Position numbers and translations under genes: made by a program. Below, piece after piece: positions 12,769-24,700 of a DNA stretch of 64,000 nt. The DNA is from Lingula anatina. Lineage: Eukaryota > Animalia > Brachiopoda. The stretch lies in the NCBI GenBank assembly GCA_051362555.1, contig CM120648.1, forward strand, positions 18,286,587 through 18,350,586, given 5' to 3'. The notes under the pieces were generated by a model. That model worked only from the letters and a program-made list of their open reading frames with translations, had not been told where the DNA came from and did no database searches. Position 1 is the first letter of the stretch. The number at the start of each line of letters is the position of its first letter.

Positions 12769-15700
12769 TATATATATAGCATCGTGAGGGTAGTGGCTAA
12801 GTTTACATTTATCTATTCATCTGTGTTTAATGTTATTATTTTTTATTTATTTATATCTTTTGCATGTGCTGTAAGTCTCTGCATACATGAAGTACCAGTT
12901 TGAAGTGAATAGTTCATAATTGAAGATGTATAATATATATTGTAATAGAGTGACCATGATGTAAGGTTTCAGAGTGTGGTACTGATATTTGGGTCATCCA
13001 GACACCATTAAACTACCTGAAGGTCAACATACCTGTATCTACCCAGGTTTGTCAACTGTTTGCCCTCTGAGTCAGTACAACAGTTAATGTGTGGTATTAC
13101 ACCATTAAAACTACCTGAAGGTCAACATACCTGTATCTACCCAGGTTTGTCAACTGTTTGCACTCTGAGTCAGTACAACAGTTAATGTGTGGTATTACAC
13201 CATTAAAACTACCTGAAGGTCAACATACCAGTATCTACCCAGGCTTGTCAACTGTTTGCCCTCTGAGTCAGTACAACAGTTAGTGTGTGGTATTACACCA
13301 TTAAAACTACCTGAAGGTCAATTCCATAAAAGCATTCTAACTTAGCATGGTACTAGGCCTTAGAATAATTCTAAATCCCTAGTTGTATACTTGTGAGCAA
13401 TCAACTACTATTCCATAAAGCCATACTTAGAAACATTCTTACTAGTTGCTTGCTAAGATTTGGCTAGAATGGTGTCTTCATAGGAAAACCACAAAACCAC
13501 AGGGTCAGTTTCGCCAAACAATAGGCAGTGACAGGGTGAAAGTTGAACTGAGTGCAGGCTGAGGGAAGTACTGATCAAGGCATTCCCATGTATTCTATAA
13601 AAGCCCTATACAGAAAGATGTCAAAATGGCAACTTCAGAAAAATAAAGCTTGGGGAAAGCATATTGTATCAACACAAGGCAAGGTTTCCTAATGTGTTGA
13701 GATCTTTGGAAGACTTGAAGACAAAACTCTCCAAACTAAAAATTGAATCTTTTGCAAATTAATTAAGCAAGAGAATCTGAAGTTAAAACAAAAAAATTGA
13801 AATTGGAAATTGAACTTTTGGTCTATAAACTTAATGCAAACACACCATTAAACTACCTGAAGGTCAACATACCTGTATCTACCCAGGTTTGCCAACTGTT
13901 TGTCCTCTGAGTCAGTACAACAGTTAGTGTGTGGTATTACACCATTAAACTACCTGAAGGTCAACATACCTGTATCTACCCAGGTTTGTCAACTGTTTGT
14001 CCTCTGAGTCAGTACAACAGTTAGTGTGTGGTATTACACCATTAAACTACCTGAAGGTCAACATACCAGTATCTACCCAGGCTTGTCAACTGTTTGTCCT
14101 CTGAGTCAGTACAATAGTTAGTGTGTGGTATTACACCATTAAACTACCTGAAGGTCAACATACCTGTATCTACCCAGGTTTGTCAACTGTTTGTCCTCTG
14201 AGTCAGTACAACAGTTAGTGTGTGGTATTACACCATTAAACTACCTGAAGGTCAACATACCTGTATCTACCCAGGCTTGTCAACTGTTTGTCCTCTGAGT
14301 CAGTACAACAGTTAGTGTGTGGTATTACACCATTAAACTACCTGAAGGTCAACATACCTGTATCTACCCAGGCTTGTCAACTGTTTGTCCTCTGAGCCAG
14401 TACAACAGTTAGTGTGGTATTAAGCCTGGGCTAACAGCCAGCTGCTGTATGCACTGTACACTTGGTGTTATATTCAGCATATAGTTTCATTCTCATGGTC
14501 TGTCTGATTTGGTGAAATGTAGATATTAACTGTAAGTGAAATGGTCTGGGTATTATTTGAATGTCTGCTTTTATATTATATTTCACTATTGACAGGATTC
14601 CTCCCTGTATGAGTTGTATGTATGCTATCATATTATATTTCACTATTGACAGGATTCCTCCCTATATGAGTTGTATGTATGCTATCATATTATATTTCAC
14701 TATTGACAGGATTCCTCCCTGTATGAGTTGTATGTATGTTATCATATTATATTTCACTATTGACAGGATTCCTCCCTGTATGAGTTGTATGTATGCTATC
14801 ATATTATATTTCACTGTTGACAGGATTCCTCCCTATATGAGTTGTATGTATGCTATCATATTATATTTCACTGTTGACAGGATTCCTCCCTGTATGAGTT
14901 GTATGTATGTTATCATATTATATTTCACTGTTGACAGGATTCCTCCTTGTATGAGTTGTATGTATGCTATCATATTATATTTCACTGTTGACAGGATTCC
15001 TCCCTGTATGAGTTGTATGTATGCTATCATATTATATTTCACTGTTGACAGGATTCCTCCCTGTATGAGTTGTATGTATGCTATCATATTATATTTCACT
15101 ATTGACAGGATTCCTCCCTGTATGAGTTGTATGTATGCTATCATATTATATTTCACTATTGACAGGATTCCTCCCTGTATGAGTTGTATGTATGCTATCA
15201 TATTATATTTCACTGTTGACAGGATTCCTCCCTATATGAGTTGTATGTATGCTATCATATTATATTTCACTGTTGACAGGATTCCTCCCTGTATGAGTTG
15301 TATGTATGCTATCATATTATATTTCACTATTGACAGGATTCCTCCCTGTATGAGTTGTATGTATGCTATCATATTATATTTCACTATTGACAGGATTCCT
15401 CCCTGTATGAGTTGTATGTATGCTATCATATTATATTTCACTATTGACAGGATTCCTCCCTGTATGAGTTGTATGTATGCTATCATATTATATTTCACTA
15501 TTGACAGGATACCTCCCTGTATGAGTTGTATGTATGTTATCATATTATATTTCACTATTGACAGGATTCCTCCCTGTATGAGTTGTATGTATGCTATCAT
15601 ATTATATTTCACTATTGACAGGATTCCTCCCTATATGAGTTGGACCCTGAGTCTGACAGGTTCTTACACAGGCGTGGCAAACATGCCCATGTAAAGCTGG

Positions 15701-18700
15701 TAAGAAGATGGCTGCTGCTTTACAAACCACGTTTTATTTGATCATGTGACTTGTTATCTAGTCATGTGACCACAGCTTTTGACCACATGTTTTGCCATTG
15801 TTTCACAACTTTTGACTGCAGTGTGTAGGTGATTTAATTTTTGTAGCAGATTGCTGTGATTGTGTTTTATCATAACCCATTTTTGTTAGTAGTTCCTAGC
15901 AAGATTGTTAGTTGCCATTGTGTGGCTTAGTTTTAGTTTTCTTATATGGTAAAATATTCAGAGCTGTCCTTGTGTCTGTAAGTATAGCTTGATGATTGCA
16001 GTTGTCAAAGTGAGAAGATTTTTACTTATTTTCTGTTTGGATTTTGCTAAGAATACTATCTGAATGCTGTTAGTTTGCTGTGGTCATTTTTGAGGATGAG
16101 ACAAAGGCATGACTGCAAGTAATGTTATTATAAATAGACTTAGGAAACTATAGAGAAATAAACTTATATTGCTGATTGAAAAGAACACAAACCGATTGTC
16201 AAAATGTAATGAAAAGTAGATTTTGATCATTTTGTAACGGTTTTCTAACAAACATAGCATCTGCACCAAAAGCTGCTTCTGTTTTGATATTTTTTTCTGC
16301 TCGCAGTGAAAACCAATTAACATATGTTTTGTCTACAAAATCATTTTCATTTGTATTGAAGCATATATTCTTGAGACTCTGACTGCTTGGATTGATGTAA
16401 AGTTTTATTTTATAAAAAAATTTATTATTATTTTCTTTCTTGTAATCAATTAATAGTCTTCACATCCAAAAGAACTTCAGAGCAACCCAAGATGAGACAC
16501 TATAAAAACCTGGACTGGTTTTCTAACTGTTCATGTAGTTCGAATCCCATAAATATGTCTGGCATTTTAATAAACGACACATGCAGATATCAAAGAATCA
16601 TCACAAGTTGGAGCACATTTACTCTCCCTAAAGGTTGCCGCCTTAGTGCAGAGTATCAATTTGTGAAATTGTCCTCTCTTGTTGTTCACTGGCTGTGGTA
16701 ATTGAGTTGTGTTATCTTGTAAACTGTTATGAGGGGAATTATGCAATGGCTGCTGCCCAGAAACCTATTAAATATATAGATAAACACTGATTTATAACAT
16801 TCTCAACAGATGATATTGTGCAAACAATTCTGTTGGGAAGTATAAATTGGCATATGAACAAAAACCAGTTGAAAATCAAGATGAACATGCACTGATGTTG
16901 ACAGGGGTCAGCTGCTTTCTGCTTTCTCTGTGCACCAGCTTATAATTACTAGTTGTACATATTTGGGGAAGTTCCTTAACTGACTGCCACTCCCCCCCCC
17001 CCCCCCACCACTCCTTCACAATGGTGATCTTCATCTGAAATCTACTAATGAGACTATCATGTTTCTTACTACTATCTATACTTTCCTGTGTACATCATTA
17101 ATACCTTGCATGTTGAGGCCTGGTGGCCTAAAATATCTTATGATTTATGGTGGTTCATCCATTGGCATGCTTTAATAATATGTCTTTATGTTTACTAACA
17201 CCTTTATTATTTGATTTCAGTTGTCAAGAAATACCCTTCCTCCTTACATTCTCTTTAAATTTTATAGTACAGGGATGGGAGCATCCTCCTTCAAATTTTG
17301 AATTACAGGGATGGAAATTTCCCAAGGTTTTAGCAGAAAAGACAACTACATTTTGTTAGAAATGCTACAAGAGTAGGAGACGTCAGTGTTGAAAAGTAGG
17401 TGCAGGTTCCTTTCTCTCCAAACATTGTTTGTTCCCATCCCTGTACATGATATGTAGCAGTTAAAACACCATTAAACCAGCACTTTGATGTGCAGCATAT
17501 TTAAGACACCATTCCCAGAGCCTATCGCACTAACTTTGGATCGGTCCAGGGGGATTCCCACTAAATTGCTATCAAATTAAACAGCTTAGATGTCTCGCAC
17601 ACCCACTGAAGCTGTTAGGGGGTAATTAACTCATTAAGCAGCTTTAGCAGATGTGCCAGACATCTAAGCTGCTTAAGCTGAAAGCAATTTAGGGAGAAAC
17701 CCCTTGGAGGTAAATAGATCCTCTAAGATCAATCTAGGCATGGTAACCCAGTCAACCTTATTAGTCAACTCTGTTATGTGCATGTGCAGCATATTTAATA
17801 TCCTATCAGTCAACAATGTACCTTGTACCTTGATAGCATGTGCATGATATCCATACCCTTATATTTGCAGATCACATTATTGTCAAATACAGAATTTTCC
17901 AAATATTTATTTTAAAGCAAGGCTTCAAGTGATGGATTGTCATATGCACATATTTATTGTTGATGTTTAAGGATGCCCAGTATGTAGAACATTATTATTA
18001 ACAGTGGATTTCTATTAATATTGGGTTGAAAGTTACATTGCACTTGCTGTTTCTTAGATAGTTTAATTTGCAGTCAACAATTTTAGATATTACACTCTCA
18101 TAGATGTAATCAACATTGATACAACTTATCTGTTCGCCAGAATTTTTTTTTCTCAAGAAGTTAGGTTTCTTGGCTACTGAAATGAGAGTGTAAACCTAGT
18201 ATTTGTTGTCATGGTAATTCTTTCTGTTGCATGTTTTTCTTCATTTTCCTTTCCCTGCATTTTCTCCACTAGAGGTCTCTTCTAGACGATTTCCCCGAGC
18301 AATATACTGACTCTGTGCGAAGTGGCAAAAGTGTTCAATTTAATGTCTTGGACTTACAAGAGGTAAGTTTAATGTCATAGGTTTACTAGAGAAAATGTTA
18401 AAGTGATGAACATGCAGGTGAGTCCTGAACCATGCTTTCATAAACAAAGTAAACAGAGGCTGGCAGATCTGCTGCACTGTGGAAATTATACTTTTGAAAT
18501 ACTGCCACTACCCATGTCAGTAATTATCAGTGATGTTTTTAAAAGTAATAAATATTGTTATATACTTATTCGTTTCACTTAATCGCATATAAATCATTTA
18601 TTGTCTAATAACTCGCAACGAAAACACCAACCACCGTTTCCAATACAAATCATTTATTTCGTTAACCCTTGCTATGAGCTGTTGTTTGCTTGGCTGCGTT

Positions 18701-21700
18701 ACAGAATGCGTACACACCACGCACTGACTGTCCTTCACAAACTCTCCGACTATAACCATTTACAAACTTCTCTTATTTCCTCTACTTCTGCTATTTTCTT
18801 TTCAACCACCTTTTATATATTTCAATAAATTCTTTCGTTCCATATTTGAACTATTTCATTTTTATAGATATATTACCGAATGTGTAAATGCCCAGAATTT
18901 ACTGTACCTCAGGAACCATTATTTCTAATGTCTTATCCCAACTACTATCTCTTCTTTGTTACCAATTTTGTACATTTTACACTGATCTATGTTTTCTTCA
19001 TTAATCATAATTATTTCTAAGCACATACCCTTTAATACTCCAATTAACTTATTACAACTGTTCCATTTTGTGCCTTCTCTGATGTATTACTTTCTTGACC
19101 AAACTTCTATATCATTTAAAATATTCTTTGTTTTATATTTGCGATTTACTTGGACCTGACGCAGCAAGCTGAAAACAGCCTCGAATGAAATCTGCTCATC
19201 TCACATTTCCTTTTATACTATTGTGCAATGCACAATCTGCGCATGTCAAACTCCCCGCCCTATGAACTCATTTCCTCACCTGAATTGCTTCTCTAACACA
19301 TTTTGCGTTGACTCGTTAAACGACAATAAATTCATTTATATACTTATTCGTTTCACTTAATCGCATATAAATCATTTATTGTCTAATAACTCGCAACGAA
19401 AACACCAACCACCGTTTCCAATCCTAATCATTTATTTCGTTAACCCTTGCTATGAGCTGTTGTTTGCTTGGCTGCGTCGACCACAAAGAACGGGCAATTT
19501 TCATTTATTCTTATTCTTTAAAAAACAACCATAAAATTATTTTATTATTAAGACATATATGTATACTTACCAGCTGAAAACAAATATATATTTATATATT
19601 TACCTTTATAACAAATTTAAAAATGAACACGTATTATTTATCTTAATATTTCTTTTTATATTCCAATATTTAGAGACACTTGAATCCTTTTTGACAAACT
19701 ATCTTTTATATATCCGTCTTTCGCTTTATCAGAAATCCAACGTCCATGTTTTTTAAACAAACGGTCTTTTACTCCAAAATTTGCTGCCGCTGTAGCTCCT
19801 CCCACACGCATACTATGTAAACCAAACTTTTGTCTGTCAAATCCTAATATTTCTAGCTTTTGTAAAATAACTTCTCTAATTCTTGTATACGACATTTTTC
19901 CGTTTTTACGTAAAATGTGCTTTTTGGATTTCTTTAAATAACTAACTGGTCTAAATATAAAATTATCTGAATGTTCTTCAATGTTAGCTGCTTCCAAATA
20001 TCTTTGTAAAAAAGCATATGGACATGTAGATTTCCCAGTTTTAGCAATCAAAACCGTAGATCCGTCCCTGTAAATGTCAGTTTTACTTTTTTCTATAAAT
20101 ATCTCAAAATATTGTTCTGTAAAAGAAATATCCGATCTTTTAATATTGCATACCTCGCTATATCTCAAAAAACCTGCAAATGATAAAAGGAATATACAAA
20201 CATCTCGTAAATCTGCTAAACTAGCATTTGTATTAGCGAAATTGTTAATCATCATTTCTAACATTTTCGGAGTAACTATTTCCTTTTTTACTGTTTTCTT
20301 GCGTGACGTTCTCTTTGACGCTTCAACAATATTATTTATCATAGGATTATCACACGGATTTGGATTTATACCTGCTATTTCATGTGTCCATTTTAAACCA
20401 TATTTAACGTCTTGAATCGTTCCTGGTTTACACGAATGCTGTATCAAACTCAACATGTAAAGTGCAATGTGATGCGTTTGAGCTGGAAAAACTTTTACTT
20501 CTTCAAAATTACTCGCCCATTTTTTCCATCTCTGAAATACGGATGAGTACTTGCGTACAGTATTTTCTGCTCTTGAATGTTCCAAAACCTGTGGTAAATC
20601 TGCAGCCAAACTCTTTAGTGTTGTGTCCTGTACCTCTCTCATCTTTGTCCAAATCCCTGTTCTGAAAATCTGTAATAGAAAATGTCCTTTCGCATCAATA
20701 CCACAAATGCAATTTCTATGCTACTTGTCTTTAATCTTTCTCTCTGATCTTTATTTATTTCATTATGTTAACTTCACTATTCAACATTCACCTTACAATT
20801 CCTCTTTTATATGACATATTTTCATTCTATAATTTGCATTTTTTTTTTTTTTTACTTCAACCTGCAAACATGTAACAAATTTTTCTTTTAACCATTACCA
20901 TGTCATTACTTTTTATAATTTATCAATATGTATTAATTTTACATGTAAAACTGAATTTATATCCCATTTATCTTTTCAAATCCAATTTTGATTCCTATTA
21001 AATCTCATCTTGATTCATTTCTAATCACATCTCGATTTATATCCAATCACATCTTGATTCATATTCATATCGAACCACACCTCGGTTCATATCAAACCAT
21101 ATCTTGGTTTCATCAAATGACATCTCAATTTATATCTAACCACATTTCGATTCTCATCGAACCACATCTCTATTTGTATCAAACCAAATTTCTGTTCGCA
21201 TCGAACCAAATTTCTGTTCGCATCGAACCACATATCTGTTCGCATCGAACCAAATCTCTGTTCGCATCGAACCACACCTCTGTTCGCATCGAACCCCATA
21301 TCTGTTCGCATCGAACCAAATTTCTGTTCGCATCGAACCACACCTCTGTTCGCATCGAACCCCATATCTGTTCGCATCGAACCGCATCTCTGTTCGCATC
21401 GAACCACACCTCTGTTCGCATCGAACCAAATTTCTGTTCGCATCGAACCACATATCTGTTCGCATCGAACCGCATCTCTGTTCGCATCAAATCAAATCTG
21501 TTCGCATCAAACCATATCTCGGTTCATATCGAATCACATCTCGATTCAATTATCCAACATATCCATCTCTATCTTATTTTTGTTTCTTCATAAATGAATA
21601 TACTACATAAAATCTTGTGTAACGAATGTCATGATCCATTATAAATCCTTCAAATCACTTCTAGATTTTATCATGTTCCATTGCATTTTATAATTTTCAA

Positions 21701-24700
21701 CCTTTCACCTACTTTAAATCTAATCTTGATCTAACCTTTTTATTCAGAACAATCTATCCTTATTGCCAGAATTTGATGCTTGAAGTTTTTTGATCCTATA
21801 TAAGAATTTTTGTTTTTCCCTTGTTTGCAAATATCACATCCGTTCTTAAACTTTATTATATCCTTAATATACCATTTCCATTTTGAATTTTCATCTTGTA
21901 ACAATGGCCAAAATGTTGCTGATTTCCAGTCTGGTACTACCAAAGTACCCTTTGCTTTGCAACATAGTAAATGATTTATAACTTTTGGCACTAATGCTAC
22001 TGGAGGTACTAACCAATTATTTTCGTTTGACCAATCCTGTAAAAATGCATCAACCGCCTCTGTATTTGGATTCCAAAATTTTGAATTAAAACGAGTTACT
22101 TTTGTATTTTCATAATTAGCAAATCTATCTATTGTATACGATCCCCATTTTTTATTCATAAAATTAAAGAAATTTTCCGTGACTTCCCAATCATCTGTGT
22201 CTATAATTTTACTTATAAAATCTGCTTTTGCATTTTGTGTCCTTGGAATCCATTTTATTTGCAAAATAATATCATTTTCTACACAAAAATTGAAAATATT
22301 TAATGCCAATGTTTGCAAATGCACCTTCATTGATCCAGTCTGTACTATTCTAACAACATTTTTATTATCTGTAAACCATCCGATTTTTCGATTTTTAATA
22401 AATTTCGTAAATGACTGTAATGAAATAAATAGCGCCTTTAATTCTCTCCATGTTGAGCTCTGTTTTTTCTCACTATCAGACCACATTTTGTGACAAATCT
22501 CAGAATTGCATCTAATCAAATATCCTCCGCATGCATGTTCGCTTGCATCTGAAAACCCCAGTATTTTTGGTACATCTTCCACAAACATGACTCTGCGATT
22601 TAGTCTGTCAATGTTCGACAACCAAAATTTTAATTCATTTCGCAAATCTGACTTGTCCTTCAAATCCTCGATACCATCCCAATTTCTCCTGTCATTTATG
22701 ACCTGATGCATATTTCTAGTCATCAGTCTCGTTACATCTCCGAACACTATATATAAAGATATAATTTTTCCCGTAATTCTAGCTAAACTTCTAGCAGATG
22801 TGTTTGATATATTTTCCATTATTTCCATTATATCAATTTTTAAATCTGCCACTCTTTTATCAATTATTGAAAGAATCCCTTTTTTCAAATCCCATTGTAA
22901 GCCCAACCAGTTTAATGTTTGTGTTGGTTTCCACATACTTTTGACTTCGTTTACTACGAAACCAGATTTCAATAAATCGTGTCTGATCAAATTCGCAAAT
23001 CTTTCGCAAGTCTCAAAATTTTCGCTAAATCCCAAACCATCATCTAGGTACATAACAATTGGTATATGTTTTGATCTCCAATGTTTTACTAAACATCTCA
23101 AAACTTTCGTGAATATGTAACCTGCTGACGAAATTCCAAAAGGGAGCACTGTATAAACATAATATTTAATTTGACCATTCATACGCCAAGAAAACCCCAA
23201 AAAATCTTGTTGTGATTCCTTAATATCTATGTGATGATAACCATCTTTCAAATCAAACTGAAACATATACCCTCCCAATTTAACATATTGTAGAGCCTCG
23301 TTTGCGTCTTCAAATTTTACTTTCTCTTTCCAAATGTATGGATTCACATGTCTTAAATCAAGTACTAAACGTTTCTTTTTGCCGTTAGATGTAACCGTTA
23401 ATGGATTTACCACCTTTGGAATTTCCTTAACTTCTCGAATTCTGCCAGATTTTAATAAATCTTTAATGGTATTTATAACAAATTCTGTGTTTTCAAGCGA
23501 TGATTTGTTATTCTTGATAAATGAATTTGGTGGTGTCTCAATAAATGGAATAACATATCCATTTTTTAATACGTCTAAAATATATTTATTAGCCTGTATG
23601 CTTTCCCAGAATTGATAGTTTCTCTTAAGTCTTCCTTTAACATTTACATTTTGATGATAATCTAACAACCCATCTGAATTTCTCAAATTATTATCTATCA
23701 TATACTTATCTTTCATTTTTGATTTGCTCATCTTGCTTTTATTTGTTTTGTTGCCACCCGCTGTATGTAGCTTCGCTTCCTCTGAATTTCTGTCCGTATG
23801 TTCTTTCTCGTGGATGCACTGTACTCTGTGCTTGGTCTTTGTATGGACAGCTTTCCCTCCAATGGCCATATTGTCCACAGGCGAAGCACTGGTCGTTTGG
23901 GTTTGGGAATCTTTTTCTTCGAAAAAGAAAGCTTCCTCGATCAGATATACCTGCAAAATTGACTGATGCAGTATAATTCTTTTTATTGTAATTAAACTCG
24001 TTTTTGTTACGCCTGTTTTGATTTCGTATTCGCATTTTTCTACTGGCTCTCATTTGTGCAGACCGTATTTTCTTTTTATCATCACTATCTTCTGCTAGGT
24101 CATCTGATTCGTATTCTTTTACTGCTTCCCAACCTGCTTCTGACTTATCTGCTATTCTTATAAGTTTATTTCTCTTTTGTAAAATGTCAGTGCCTTCCTT
24201 TATTGCCTTACGAGCCTCTTTTACATGTCCGTCCTTAATCAACATATCAGCTTTCTGCATATTTTCGATTACTTCAGTATTTATTTCGAACTGCTTTTGA
24301 TTTCCCGCAAATTTTAATTTTTTCTGTACTGTCTTGGCTTTTTTGTTCTGACTTTGACTTTCTTCGACTAGCTCCCTTTTCAGTGATATAAACTGTTTGT
24401 CCATATAAGACTTGAACACAGAAAATGTGTCCGTCATTTGTCCAGCTGAGCTGTTATCATTTACATCACCTTTCTCATTGAAAGTTCCTTCATTGCCCTC
24501 TTCTTTATCTTCTACTGCCAAATTTAAAAATTCTCTGCTCTCACTCTCGGTATCTTCACTCTCCGAGGTTGACTCCCTTCTTCTCTTCGACATACCAGCG
24601 ATTTACTTGGACCTGACGCAGCAAGCTGAAAACAGCCTCGAATGAAATCTGCTCATCTCACATTTCCTTTTATACTATTGTGCAATGCACAATCTGCGCA

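Noticed and set aside
14561-15694. 377-aa ORF (and antisense 126-aa ORFs)
   Set aside because: These result from a 57-bp unit lacking stops in one frame; the real exon (15622-15699) uses a different frame.
20988-21593. 201-aa and antisense ORFs between pol and YR
   Set aside because: They are translations of the 22-bp tandem repeat.
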